Positions 37,701 to 53,292 of a stretch of DNA of 64,000 bases are shown here, one piece after another. Each line of letters begins with the position of its first letter. Positions within the stretch are counted from its first letter, which is position 1. The notes beneath the pieces are model-generated. The model had not been told where the DNA came from, did not search any database, and worked only from the letters and a program-made list of their open reading frames with translations. The stretch comes from Epiperipatus broadwayi. Lineage: Eukaryota; Animalia; Onychophora. The position numbers and the translations under genes are program-made. The DNA lies in assembly GCA_028023455.1 (NCBI GenBank), contig JAQFVV010000004.1, positions 23,002,001 through 23,066,000 on the forward strand, written 5' to 3'.

Positions 37701-38299
37701 TATTCTGGATATCTGAAAACTTGACACGTTATTTTTAAACAAATATGTAGTTAAAAGGAAGAAACGATGCTTATTTCATATTTCAAAACTGAAGATTGTT
37801 AAGATATTATGGCCATTTATAAATTGTTTAATACCTGCCATCATGAAGAAAACAAACCAGTTATAACTTCCTTTGCAAGTTAAAAAAAAACTATTTAGAC
37901 TTTGTTTTAACCATTTTAAATTTATATTTAATACTAACAACCTATACAGGAAGCAAGTTTTTCTTTAAAAAAAGTTAGTTAGTTGCATTTTAATGCAGCT
38001 GAAGTTGAAAAATGATTAAAAAAAAATTAAAAAAAAGTTTGCTCCATATTTTATATTTACTATGTTAACTTTCTGACAAGAACTTTTTTAATGTACATGT
38101 TAAACAAATGTTATTTTTTTTTAGAAATTGTCAGTTTAAAAAAGAAATAATAATGGAAGGTATATTATTCATTTTAAATGTAAAGTATCCAAGCTTATAA
38201 AAAAAAAAAAAAAGAATAAAGTGATAAATAATAGTAGTAGTAATTATAAGTAATATTAAGTTAAAGTTTATTTAAATCTATTCCACTCATATGTAATTT

Positions 38300-38560
38300 A
38301 ACTCTTCTTTTATTGCAGTGAATTAGATTTTGTGTAGGTAAACTTACATATGCAAATGTTTGTCCACTGTCAAATAGTTAAATATTTCTAGGTCTACATG
38401 AGATTCATTCAAATGTTATTCTGTTAAATTAGAGATCAGACTCAAAAGAGCCATCTAAATTTATAGAAGTTGTAGTTTTATTAAATTGGGATTTGGACCT
38501 AGAAGTGGCCATTCCCTAAAGTTATTGCAAAAAGATGTAGTGGTTTTAATTATTTCATAT
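38300..38560 (+). mobile_element. decayed RTE LINE 3' fragment
   Basis: Residual W..GPRSG.. pattern in the same order as other RTE tails in the window. Confidence 0.35.
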
Positions 38561-41500
38561 TAGAGAAAAGAATGTGTCTATGCAAGGAAATTTTTGAGTT
38601 TAATAAATGTCTTATATTTGTGAAACTGGCTAAAAGCAAAGTTGTATTTTAAGTATATTAGAGATAAAGGGTTTGCTGAATGGCAAATATACTTGATTAT
38701 AAAACATAATTTAATTAAAGATTAATTTTTAAAATTAATCAAAGAAACTTTGGACACTTTATAAATAATTAGTTTTCCTCCATGCATGTGAACTAAAACA
38801 ATAATATATAACAGATTGGAAATATGGTTTATTAAAAAAAAAATTCTGACTGACAATCATATTTAATGAACTAATTTTATTATTGGGTTGGTTTCAATGG
38901 TCTGCGTTAACATCTGTATTTGTAATAATGTCTGGTCTGCATATTTAGTCCATGTTTATTCATTGAGAGTAACTTATGTTTGTCCTGAGCTAACCAGGTA
39001 TTAGAAATAGAGTTTGTGAAGTGGTCATCAGCATCATATTAAAGCAAATATTGTTTAAATGTATAAATATGCTGGTCTGATATTTAATGCCAGGTGGTAT
39101 CTGTGTAAATTATATTAAATTGAAATAATTTCAACATACATAAGATGACCAATTAAAATGCATTATACAAAACAGTCATTTATGATTTTGCAATACTTCT
39201 TATTTGAGATGTGCATTTCTGAATTCTTTTTCTGAAAGATTATTTGTAGCCAAAAAAATTATTTTTCAAAAGAAAAAAAAATTCTGAAAGATTCAAATAT
39301 TTTAAGCTATTCCCAACTTTAAACCACAATCTAATACATTACATAAAACTTTCACTTCCACCACTTACACAAAGACACTAGAACAACATTCAATGTAAAG
39401 AAAATTTAAAAAAATTCCTATAAGTTATTTTTTTTATATATTTTAACAAATATTATAAAATTACTTATAAAACTAAGTTCTATTTTTCCCTCATTAAATA
39501 AGTCTGCATTAACTATTCCATAAAATATAACTCAATTCTTTTTTCTTTTATATTTAATTGGTGTAGAGTAAGTCTATTGTTAAATAAATAATTATTAATA
39601 CTCTTTAATAATGTGGGCTTTTTTTACTACAGATTGCTCTGTTTCTGCTAGATTTTTAATAAGTTTGTTTTTTTATAAGGGTGGCTAGATAGAAATTTGT
39701 CCTTTACTAACAGATTTACATTTGGAATTTTTAGTGAACTGCATCGTTTGCTTCTATTTCCATTTGACTTATCATTATATATATGTTTCTATATTTTACA
39801 AGATTGGAATATGCAAATTTTATATTATACTTTTAAATTAATTTTGAATTAAAATATCAAATTTCCATGACCTATGAAGTTTTCCAGGGATAAATTTATC
39901 TTTTATAATTCTTTTAATTTGTTGTGAGGTTATTGCATCTATCTAGGCTCATCTTTCCTTTTTTATTCCTAAATCAAAGTTTAAACATTTATTCCATTCC
40001 TTCTGATATGTGAAATTTTATTTTTCCATTATATATTCTTTGTAATGTTTTCTCCACCACATTATCATCATATTGATTAGCAAGCAAATTTTAGTATAAA
40101 CAACAATCTCATTGCATCAATTATAATTGTGTATCTACAACACTTTTTTCTATTTTTATTCTCATTTCTAAAATTATAAAATAAAGATATTCATAAATAA
40201 ATTATAATTTTTCTTCAAATAATTTTACTAATATGATAAAAAAAAGTTAGATTGTATTACCATTTATCAACACAGACAAAAAACCTTGCTACAATTGTTC
40301 TATTTCCATTTCTAATTTTTTTTATCAATTTCCTTTGTGCTTCAATGCCTATCTAAATTATATTTTATCTTAAATGAAAAACAGAAGTGTTTATTGATAT
40401 CATTCTATTTATAAATAGGCACATAAATAAATTTATGACATTGAAAAACAAATTTAAAATGGGGGGGGGGGGGGATGATAGTAAAATTCTAAGTTAATTT
40501 TTTTTACTTTTCTATTTATATACCTAATATTAATATCTATACAGAATATAAAAATTATCTTCATTAATATGTGTAAATATGTATTATATAAATAATGTGT
40601 GTGTGCATATATAAGAATGATTCAAGCATTTAAATATATATATAATAATGAGAGGAAAGTGAATTTTATAAAATAACTAACAAAAATGTAGGACTTGTAA
40701 TTTGATTTAAAAAGTAAATAATATATATTTTGTCAATATACATTGATTTTTCATTTTTAAAAATAAAAGATTATCTTCCCATTTTGGAATAGTTTTGTAA
40801 TATCGTTTGCACTTTTAAAGTATCCAGTGTAAGCACACATACAACACATTAATTAACACTTTTACTGTAGAATAGCATTAATAGATTATTATTCCTAAAA
40901 CTATTATCTAAAAAATAAAGTGTATTAATATGTTTTTAAAAACATTAGCATCAATTTAAGTCAGTATTAATTCTAAATAAAATAAGAACTATTTAATAAT
41001 TATCATTCAAAAAGTTTATCTTTTTTTTAAAAAAAACTGCTAATACTATCACTTTATTAGAATAATCCACTTTAATATCTGCAAATCATTTTATCAAACT
41101 GGAAAAAAAAAATTCTAATTTAAATTAGATATTTTAAAACTTTCATGAAAAATTAAAAGGATAAGATAAAACACCAAAATAAACTTTTAAAAAGCTTTGC
41201 AAATAGTTATACCCCCCCCCCCCGACTTTATAGAACATTGGCTGTTTCACTTTTCATAATAAATGACTATCTTTTCAAAATAAGAAGATATAACATATAA
41301 ATCACTATTTCCATAATAAATTGCTGAATTATTTAATTTTTTTTTTTTTAATTGAGCAAATATTTTGCTCAATAATATGCATTCTAAAAAAAATAAGGCT
41401 AAAAAATAATAGTAAAGAACATGTTGAAAATTCCATATATTGAAAGAGATTACTGAAGAGGTTAATAAAATAATTGAGTTCTTGTTTTTGAACATGAGAA

Positions 41501-43379
41501 TGCAGAATAGGCACCTAAAAAGAAAAAAAAAAAAATATAAGCTTTTTTTAAAAAAAACTTCAGTTATGTTATAAAGTCTTTTTATAAGACTTGGGAAAAT
41601 AATAAAACTAGATATATCCAAAATTTGATATTGAAGAAAAAAAGTATATTACTTTTTTTAAAAAAAAAATAAAAATAAATAAATATTATCATAATAGATT
41701 TAACAAACAGAAAAAAAATGTAAGGACATGGAAAATAAATTTCATGTCAATTAGAGTATACCAAAAAAATAGGGTATACTTCAATGGTAACATAATTGAT
41801 ACTTTTTATTTCTTACATTATTTCATTACAAGTGATCAAATGCAGATATTTGCAGTTTATTGTAATTATAATTAACATAGAATATTCTTCTTCAATGTAA
41901 AATCACTTTTTACAGTACAATTTTTTTCTGAGATTTTGTGAACAATTGTAATTTATATAGACTGTGCCAATAACGTTAGAGTACTGCTTTATATTATATC
42001 TGGTAATAACTGATTTTTTTATTCATGAAATGATGTACAATTAATTTAATGTGGACAATGAGACACAGTTTTAAGAGCAGTTTATAATAGAATAGTATAC
42101 AGTATATTAATGTGATATTATCTTCCAAGTAGTGATTTTCCTTTATTACTACTTCAGTAGATGATCCACAATGGAAACCAGTTTTACTTGTCCAAAGGCT
42201 GATTGTAGATGACATGAGATGAAACAAAAAATATGTACCTATAAATAAAGTGGGAAGAAAGTATAAAAGTATCGAAATCAAATGCAAGCAAGGTATATAA
42301 AACTAGCTTAAATTTTTTGCAATAAACATTAATAGATATGTAGTTAAAATTTACTTCAATATGCATATACATATTGATGAAAAAAAATGGCAATTTCTAT
42401 GTCTACAAGTGTTATTTTATTACTTTATGACACACTATTCTTTACCAAAAGATTCCTAGAAGTTAAAATCTGCCAAAAAGCACATTCACTTACTTTCCGA
42501 CATCCTAATAAACATATCCATCCATATATAAACAGATTTAGATAAGGCTGGCCAATATTTTACAGTCCATGTGCCAATATTTTTATCTAAAAGTTTCAGA
42601 TATGCCTACAAATTTTGCATATTCAATTTTTGTATAAAATATAGTATGCTAAACACAAATAATATTGAATATTTTTTTCATAGAAAAAACAATGTTTTTC
42701 AAAAATTTTATAGTATACTTAAGTTTGGGATTTGGCACTATATTTTTGAAATTTGAATTACTCAGACATAACCTCATTTTATTTTTTTATTACTTTCATT
42801 GATGAAAACATTTTTGATAAAGAACAAACTGCAACTTTTATAAAAACAGATATAGAAGTTAAAAACAATTATAAACTAATTCTGAAATTGTCCTAAAAAT
42901 TCGACAAATGGGAAAAACATTTATTTACAAGTGACGCGGAACATTTTTTTTAAAGCTTAATTCGCTGAATTTGAATTGGTATATTTATCCCCCTGAGTAT
43001 TAATGAAAATTGGAATTTGATTATTTAGTCTCAATTTTTATTATTATTATCAGTTTTTTAATGTATCAAAATTAATGCATCAACACACCAAGTTTGGTGC
43101 ATGCACGATAGGTTGGTTACTCCTAATTTAGACAATTTCAAATACCTTATACAACTGTATAAAAGCCTTTGTTAAATTTTGAAATATTGATGGCTTGCAT
43201 TCAGTTTGCCATCAGAAGAAAATCAATATTAAGTAAAAAATAGAAATTAAAAAATCAGCATGCTTATAAAAAAGGGCACAATTCCTCTAAAAACTCAGCA
43301 TTTTATGCAATTTTATATGGAAAAAAGACTTTCTTCTTTGAATCAATTGTAATTTAGTATGTACTATCTGGACATGTCA

Positions 43380-45000
43380 GAATATTTAATATCATAACTA
43401 ATATGACAATGCATTCTTCCAATCATCTGGTACATCTTTAGCATTTATACATTTAATATATAATTTTACCAAAAAATATTCTATTTTTTCACCTGCTTCT
43501 TTTAAAATGTCAATTAATATTTACTAAGGCAATAAACCTAAAGCATGTGCGATTGGAAATGCAAAGGTAGGGACCTCTACAGGTCTTAACCACAAGCTTA
43601 TGCATCATTACCTGGATCTTTTCCCTTCTTCATAAATTTAATTGCATGCTTAACACTCTGTAGCCTTTTCAGCACAGATAACAAATATAATTAAGTATGA
43701 AGTATCTGTGATGTTGCAAAAAGATGAGTTAATATATTATCAAGTACTTTTCATTTTCTTATTCACCAGATCAATACCAATCTATTTCTTTTTTGAGCTT
43801 AATTATATTAATGAAATGCAGGATCTGCTATGTTGATATATACTAGATGGCAAGTGATAGTCATATTGAAAATCTGTAATCAAATTTTTTTCTTTACGTA
43901 CAATTTATATATATACGATGTAAATGTTTAAAATATTTAGTAACCCTCATACCTATAATCTCTAATAATAAAATTATTTTAAGACTAACTTGATATATTG
44001 TACACATACCAATGCCAATCATATTTTCTTTTTTAATTTATTAATATCTTCTTCCTTACATGTCAATTTATTTTTACTTCTTCTAAGAGTTTTTCCCAAT
44101 TATTTGAAATATGAGATTCTCTTAAGCATTTGTTAGGCTCATTTTTCATTGAAATTTTACATTATTAGTATACCTTAAATGAAAATGCAATAAATCAGCT
44201 ATTTCATCAACACTCCTATAATAAAATACTCCACATAGTTTACAATCTATTATTTTTTTTGCTATTAATTTTAATACTGTTTTATATCCTACATAGTTCA
44301 ATATAGTGGTAAAGTAACAGATTCTGGAAGTCACTATTCATGTACCATTGCACCAGCTGTCATTTTTACTATTCCAATTTCTTGTAAACTCTTAATCAAT
44401 AAACTTTTCATAAGATGTATAAAAAATTTTGAACATTTTTTTTTTTTTTACCATTTGATCATAATAGTATAAGATGTATAAAAAATTTTGAACATTTTTT
44501 TTTTTTTACCATTTGATCATAGTAGTATCTATTATCTAGAGACCAAATACAGGAAATAAGCATGTATGTTTATGCATGTAAAATCCACACATGGGATACA
44601 GGAAATAATTTAGATTTCTTAGATATATTTCCATATGAATAAAACTGATGTACGAAAACATAAATACATCAACACACATGGTGTTACTGCCCATGATAGC
44701 AAAAATTACTTCAAAATTTCTCCAGATTTATTTTACAAAATTGTATATCTAATATTATTTACTTCATTCATACCAAATTTGCATTTATTCTTGAATACTT
44801 CTCTTGTTTGAATGAGGCAAAAATTGTCTTTTGGTTCCTTCCATTTCTGCAATTTTAATTCCAAATTGAGCCTCAATACATTTCATTATACCACTATACT
44901 ACTCTCAATACTTTTCTGCTATTGTATGTAATTCAATATAATGATCAAGTGGCATGTTGCAAATCTTCCCAATAATCTTATGATATATCTCTAAATATAT
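43380..45000 (-). mobile_element. decayed LINE endonuclease/RT fragments
   Basis: Minus strand gives VKHAIKFMKKGKDPGND and DILKEAGEKIEYFLVKLYIKCINAKDVPDDWKNA (RT N-terminal KAPG.D and P..WK motifs); upstream EN-like residues. Confidence 0.7.
44410..44527. repeat. 59-bp tandem duplication
   Basis: ataagatgtataaaaaattttgaacat(T)naccatttgatcata repeated twice. Confidence 0.9.
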
Positions 45001-48000
45001 AAGAATTATATATAAAAATAACAATGATAAATTGTCATCAACCCTGGCAAAGATTTTAGCACATGTTTTAGACAATATTTTTTTTTAAAATATAGTAAGA
45101 TTTATTATCAAGATTTTTTGTTCAGTGTAATTCCATAAAACTACAGATAACAAGGACTAATCTAAGTAAGCGATTTATTTTTTCAATTTTACTTATTACA
45201 TCTTTGACTAAAAATTATTTGTTATATACTATATCACCCTTTTTTATTAATATTTAGTTTTAAAACCGATCTGTTTTCCATTAATTCAAACATTATTTAT
45301 TTAATTTTAAAAATAATATTTTCAAAGTTGAAAGGAATCACTACTTACCTGTCTATTTTAACTCAAAATAATTCTTTTTTTTTTCTCTACTCTATTTTGT
45401 AGAAAATACATGAATAATTTTATGTACAGTTTTTTTTTTTCAAAAAATAAAAATTAAATTTGTTAAAATTGGTTATTGCCTTTTTAAATAATAATACCAA
45501 TGCATTAACTCATTTAATTGAATTATCAATCCAGAAGTAATATATTCTTCAAATTCTAGAGCTAATGGTAAAATCTGGGAATATTGTAAGCTACTTGTTA
45601 GCAAATTAACTTAATATTTTACCATATTTCACTTCTGAACTGCTTCTTGTTTGCTCTTCAACTCTGCAAAATAAAAATTTACATAAATAGTCGCCACTTA
45701 CCTTTGCATCTACATTTAAAAACCTTCCTTCAAAGAAGCAAAATACAAACTAAATAAAATTATGTTGCTTTAGAAAATTATTTTCCAGAGTTTGTAATTT
45801 CATTAATTTTAACAGATAAACTATTGCCATTAATATTAATGGTTAGCTTAAAGATTTAAATACTTTAATTTTTTAGCATAGTTTTCTTTAATATTATAAA
45901 ATTTTCTATATATATATATAATCTAAATATGTTAATTAATAGAATTAAGAAAGAGCCTCCATTATAAAATTGTTCATTATTCAATTAAATGTTCAAATAG
46001 CTTAAATCAAGATCTTATTTTAATCTTCAAATTATTTCTATTTTCATTCTAATTAAAATATCAGTCTCTTTTTACCAATATTTATTTATGTATGTACAAA
46101 TATTATTTACACTAAATGGGTATGATATTCATTTTTTGTTAGAAATTTTTCTTAAAAAAAAAAAGTTCAAAGTGAATTAAGTCTTTAGTTATTATAATCA
46201 TGTTTCAGCTTATACCCCACCTTTCCAGTAATTAGTTAGTCATACATTATTTCTCTGGGATCATAGTGTATAACAATTTTTAAAATTAGGTTTTCTATTG
46301 TTACATAAACATAAGTTATATGTAATAATGACTAAAAGATAATGTATGCAAAATAAAATGCCATGGTTTACTCCTAAACACCCATGTATTTATTGGTACA
46401 TATAAGAAATGGCTAAAGACTATAGAGTAGATATCATGTTATGTATATACATTTTATAATAAAAATAATCCTATATGCTCTTTACTAATATTGTCAATAT
46501 TTCATTCAATACTCCATAACTTTTTAAAAATAATCACAAATAGTAAACTTTAAAAAAAACTGTTAGTAAAAATCAAACAAATAAAAATAATAGCAGTGAT
46601 TATATATATATCTGTGGAGCCAAAGCATAGTTTGACATTGACGAAAATGTCTTTTCACGTCTTCAATGCTCGTGTGTCCATCATCACTAATCGATGTTGC
46701 AAACAACTTTTTATTTGAAGGAAAACTAATTTTCAAAATGATAATTTTTCATTAGGTTACATGACCAAAAATATAAAACAACTCACAAGTTACACAGATT
46801 ATTCTTAAAATATCACAAGAAAATCTATTAAAAGATCTAAGTAACAAATTTAATAATTTTGGCTGCATATATTCAAATTTTGCATTAAAATGATAGATTT
46901 ATGATCTTGCTATTCATGAATTTATTATGTGAACTAAAAAACTAACAAAACTTCACATAATTATTGTACCTAAAGCTTGTCAATATTTTATCTATTAGAG
47001 TGTAGACGTAAACAGTTTCTCTATTTCATTTGTGTTGAAACATTTAATTATATATAAATATGTTGTTGTTTTTTTTTAATTATTTGTAAAACAATAAATA
47101 GCAATTAACAATATTTAAATTTCCAATCCTAATTTTGGCACTGAACATTTTTCAAGGAAAAAGCAGCAACAAAATGCAAATCATTTATATCAATTTTCAT
47201 TATATAATGAGAAAATAATAAATAATTTCCCAATAATTGTATTCAGTACAATTGCTTTTCATTAAGACTAATTAAAATATAAAAACTAACAAAACATGAT
47301 TAACAGTAATATAATTGTTTTATCTAAAATTTTGCAACAAATCCAATATCAATATTCTTTTTTTTATATATCTAATACATACATCTTTAAATATGTAATC
47401 ATATTTAAAGACAATACGCAATATTAATTAATAAAACAAATATTAGAACTATTAAATATGTTAATAATAAATATCAACAAATGATGAAAATATAGTACAT
47501 TACACATTTGTTATGGTACAAATAGTTCTGTAAGTTTATTTTAAAATTTAACAACTTCTAACAACCAAACAAAATTATTAAAATCACTTATATAGTCTAA
47601 CCAATGTAAGCACATTTTTTATTTCTTTTCACAGCATTTGTTTAATGTAAATTTGCTTTTTTTGAAAATTCGTACATTGTGGATGAGTAACTATAAAATT
47701 CATGTTGAAAGATTTACGGCATTACAGATGACAAACATGGCAAAAAAAAAAAAAAGAAGAGTTTTTCATATAAAAGTGAATGTTGACAGAAGTTACATTT
47801 TAATTTTATCATACAATGCTATTCTATAATACAGTATAATTAACAATGTATGCATGTATAAATTTTAAAATCAACTAAAAAAAATCATTTTAACAATCTG
47901 ATAAATTTATATAAGTATAAAATATCTTTCAATTTAAAAGACTTTCTTTTTGAAAAGAATAAACCTTAATTTCTTTTCATCTACTAACATATAAAATTTA

Positions 48001-49599
48001 ATAATGTAAAAGATTTTTGCCTATTCAAATTTTTTCTATATATTGTATAATATATACTATATATATACAAATTTTACTGCAATTTCATTACCATATCCAC
48101 ACTAAATGGTTCCAAATTTCCATAACTATGTTAAAAATTACAAACAATGCCTTTATTTAACTTAGAAACTCTGTTTTTGTTTAGGATAAATTTTGTAATC
48201 AAGATTTAACAGACTTTTATCAAATGGATTTTCTTAAAATTTTGTATAAATATTAGAAATTGATGATAATCTAATATGTCAATGAAAGATTTCATATAAT
48301 ACTAAATCATCCATGCACTTTACTACTGTTAATTACTGAAATATTTCAGGTTGGTGCCTTGGTTTATTTACTAAATTTTTGAATATGTTGATATTGGTTC
48401 AATAAGTTTTTAGTGATGTGTACAAGAGGGCATTATATTTTTTAAATATTTTTATTTTTAAAAAAGGTTACACTAAAAAATCAATTTAAATAGAAATAAA
48501 AACAAATCTTACTTTCCATTAATTGTAAACTTTTTTTAAAATACTGTCATAAACAAAATATTGGAATCAATTTTTAATTCACTACAAATTTTCTTTAAAA
48601 TGTAACAGAATACCATATAGTTTTCATTCTACTTAAGGAAATCAATATACAAAATTAATTATTCCATTATTAATAAGTATTCCACTGTTTTCTTTCCAAA
48701 TATGTCCCATTAATTTCAATATATACAAAACATTAATTTCATACACTTTTTCTTTTTTAAATCTTATTTTATGAAACACTTTTCATTTCAATTTTCTTCT
48801 AACATCATTATTCATTGTTTTAAAATAGCAATAATTATAAAAAATATTTTATAATAAATAATTTTATTTACTGTATACTAAAATGCCAAAATAATTGCTT
48901 TTTTCAACAGCAACTGGGTCTTTTATTTCAAATTAAATACAAAACACGAATTGTGATTGAAAAAAAGAAAAATTATTTTTTGGCCTTTTAGTGCACAGTA
49001 TATAAAAGTACTTATTATAAAATATTTATACCTAAGATCTAATTTCATCTGAAAATTATGCACATTAACCTCAATTGCTACAATCACTGTTTTTAGAAGT
49101 TTAAATTTTCTTGGTCACAAAATTCCAGGAAACTATATGAATTATGCATATATGAGTTACATCATTCTGTTCATCTTTATGTTATCTTTCCAATAGTATG
49201 TTATGATTTTTTATAAATTTTATTTAAATAATTTCATTTAATCGCTACCACCATCCCCCAATTTACTAGACTTTATGAAGAAAAGACTCCATTAAATTTT
49301 TAGATGACAAAAATTAGATTCTGACATAAGATTTCAGCATTAACAATTATTTTTTAATTTTTAGGCTGTTAGACTTATAAGTGAGTGAGTGCCTTTTAAC
49401 AATGTTTTCAGACCTGAAATTTCTTCATTACACATGGGTAGTAGGATTTTATATTTTTATTTACTTTTTAGGATAAAATTATTAATGCAAGTAATAAATA
49501 TGCCAATAAAAAAATATAAAATTGAAAAACATGTATCAGCTTGCACAATAATTTCATAATTTATTCACAACTGCATTTCAATAATAATGAAAAAATACC

Positions 49600-50220
49600 A
49601 GAGAGCAAATATAAAGACTGATCGCATATATGATATTAGGTTTATATATAGACCAGTCTATTATAATTCAAAGCTGTATATCAGACTCATATAGAAGTAA
49701 TAGATCATTAAATTTATTGGTCATAGTACAATATGACAATATATAAAACTCAAAATTAGTAAAGTGATGGTCCGAATGATGGGTTTGGGCAAATAGCTGT
49801 AATGGGCATATGCAACGTAAAAGGTAAAAACACAACTTATGATTAGTCAGTATTTGAACATTCAAACAGTGCTTTCAATGGTTTTACACATCCAAAAAGT
49901 TATGTTGTCAGCCTAAAAAAAGAGTATTAAACTTTTTTTGGCTGCGGAGTGAGGCTCACATAACAAAGTTGCTCAGAGGCTGCTTTATTGCTTATCAATT
50001 AAAATTGAGAGGTAATGCACTTTATTACACTCAGCCTGATTTTTCCAGGAAGGATGATCAATATGCCAATTTCAGCCAACAATTTTTTGTGTACATGCTT
50101 TAACTGTGTGATCAGAAGAGGATGATCTGCATTTTACTTATATGTTTCTTTTGCTGCATGGTTGTAAGCCTCATTTTGTAGTAGTCACTTGATTTTATAT
50201 TTTAGGTTGATTCTGTTTAA
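49600..50220 (-). mobile_element. decayed LINE endonuclease C-terminal fragments
   Basis: SDH motifs (AQTHHSDHHFTNFEF; DHPLLITQLK). Confidence 0.4.
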
Positions 50221-52926
50221 CAAAATGAATTTTTTTTCACAATGTGAAAGATAACACAGATAATAGAGCATTATTATTATTAACATTCTAACATAGCACT
50301 AAATTTATGTTTTCTTTTCTTATTGGATACATAATATATAGAATCTAAGTCATTTACAGCTAAAGATGATCTAACCTAACAATCGTTTTTATTACTTTTT
50401 CTTCATTCAGTATACACAGACTCTTGCAAGGAAAAATCTCTTATGGGATTTCTTGGGAAAATGAAATATATCAATGACTCTATTTCTTGATCTAATGAAC
50501 TAATAGATTGTCATAGATAAGTCATATGTGTCATTTTATTGGAAATTTTATAAGAAATCTAATGAATCTTATTAATATTGAGAAATTTTGAAGAAACACA
50601 TAAAAATAATAATTAAAAAAAAAAGTTCAAAATATTATTTTTTATTTATTTCAAATGTGCAATGTCTATTTTTTTCAGCTTTATTACATTCCTTGGTATT
50701 TTATCTTTGTAATAATATAAACTATATGATTTTTGTATAATTCTAATTGAAGTTACCTTAAAAATTTCAGCTTATATCAATTCCCCAAAAATCCAATATT
50801 GCAGTATTCCAAGTGAAACAATTAATATATCATCAAAAACAATAAATAAATAAAAAACACATTTACATGTGTATGTATTGCACTCAAATTTAGGTAATAC
50901 TTATGAATGATGTTTGTCTAATCACACTGTCTCGAAAAAAATAAATAATAAAAGTTACTATTTTTCACTTTTCTAGTGCTAAATATTACATGTAAGCATT
51001 GGATCTTTCGCATTTCATATGTAAATGGCTTGAAGTATTCTTTTCAGTGGTGGACTTATAACTAAAGTTTTTCTACAGATCTAATACTCTTTAAAGCAAT
51101 TTGTTCCTCTTAATATTACTGTTCATTAAATGTATTGCTTGTCTTCAATGATGAGGCAATTAAGTTACTATTTAACAGTATGTACATTTATGTCATTAAA
51201 ATCTATATACAGATTCAATATTTTTTGATGATACAATATGTCAATGTTTACCAGAACATTTCTTATGTTCATATTTTCTAACCATTATTTTACTGCTTTT
51301 TTCAGTCTTCACTAATTATTTATACTATGATCTAATTTTTCTTTTTTACTATTTTGCAAATTGATGATTTGTGATTATTGAATAACGCCCAGCTTTAACT
51401 AATTTTTTTTCTTCTTGCAAACCTACATCAATTATTTTCATTTTAGCACACAATGAAACATTTCAACTTTTTTTTTTTTATTTGGAAAATTTACGATCAT
51501 TAATTTTGTCTCTATGGTAATTTTATGCAAAATATTATAACAAGTGCAAATGTCTGAAGGGCAGTGTTACTGAATGCAAGAGACAAGAAAATAACAGTTG
51601 TAATAAAGCCAAGTATAGTATGTGTGAAATTTAAAAATTTATTTAATATATTTCAAATCACGGGGGTACTGAATCTGTGGATTTTGAAAACTGATATGGC
51701 AAGTGGTTTATAATCTTACAAAAAAAGGTACATTTTAGCAAAATGAAGACGTATATACGTGAATACATAAAAATTAATTTTAAGAGAGGAGGGGTTAAAT
51801 TATGTTATTACTTTAAATAACTGAAATAGTTAAAACTTCATTAGAATATAAAATCCATAATATATATATATATGTGCTTTGCACACAGATAATGAAGCTG
51901 ATAACAGTAAATAAAATAAATGATATTCTACAATTTAGTAAGCTGAGCGCTTTTAAGAGGATTCATACTCCCATATTCATAGCTACTGGAATGTTGAGAA
52001 CTATACCAAACAACTGAATGAAATTGCTGCGCTCAGTTATGAGAATGTTACCTGATCTGAGCTAGTGACTACTTAATATTATTATTACATACTTATTTAA
52101 TTAAGCTACTTATTTAATTAAGCTAAATTATTAATTCAATAAGGTAAGAGAATGTTGAATTTATATAACACATTATTATTATCACATTAATGAGTTTAAA
52201 TGTGGATATATCTTAAAATAGATAATTACATACAATACAATTGAACATATTGTTCTGTAAATGTCTATCAGATAAAGCAGTCAAAAGTTTCTATTAAAAA
52301 ACAACAACTCCCATTTAAAATAATCTTAAAAATTAATGTATTATATGCATAAATATTGCATAGATCTACACTTGACAAAGAGAGGTAATAATTTTATATT
52401 TAATATTAATAACAACTGAACTAAGGATTGCTATTATTTTCAAAGATTATTTAAGTAATTTCTTTTTAAAAATCTAATTTTAAAATTTTTTTTTTTTTCA
52501 CAGATTTTGAATAACTTCATATATATATATATATTTGGAAAAAGCTATTGGAGGATATATTTTTTAAAACTTCTCAACCAATAGAACTTATGAATGAAGA
52601 GAAAATAACAAAGAAAAAAAATAACGATTTTAAATCTCACCACACACATTCTAATGATTCGAGAAAGGAAGCTCCGAGAAAAGTACTTGTTATTGTACTG
52701 AAACATCAGCACTTCCGGGAAATAATACTATGAATTCATTTATTTGTGTGAATATTAGAATGAATATATATAAAAGAAAGAAAACATGTTCTAATAAAAA
52801 TCAGAGGGGGGAAAAATTGCCTACAGAGATGGAAAATCTTAGTCTCATAGAATTATTAAAAAAAAAATTTAAATTATTATGAAAAAAATTCAACTTCTTA
52901 TCTAAGCTGCCTTTCAAATTTATTGT

Positions 52927-53014
52927 CATAAAGTAAAATACACTAAAACATTTAATGTGAGTGAACACTACATAAAGTAAAATACACTAAAACATTTAAT
53001 GTGAGTGAACACTA
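52927..53014. repeat. perfect 44-bp tandem duplication
   Basis: cataaagtaaaatacactaaaacatttaatgtgagtgaacacta x2. Confidence 0.95.
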
Positions 53015-53292
53015 AGTTATGAAGTAATTTTATTGTTGTACTTACAATTTGAAAATAACATTTTAAAAGATAGAAATACAACTTCATGAAATATTGCTTA
53101 TGCTAAATATTCCTTTACAGTGAAACAGCAAATTACGATATATCAAAGTACACAACTACAAAAATGTAAATAAACAAACAAACAACAACAACAACAACAA
53201 AAAAAAAAACACTAAAATTTGAAAACTTAATACATTTTAGATCTCAAGCAGCCATTTTCCATTTCCAAGTGTCCTACATGATTATATATATA

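Noticed and set aside
46610-46710. Possible snoRNA (GTGATGA C-box on the minus strand)
   Set aside because: No D box or terminal stem; the translation SDDGHTSIEDVKR resembles a mariner transposase fragment instead.
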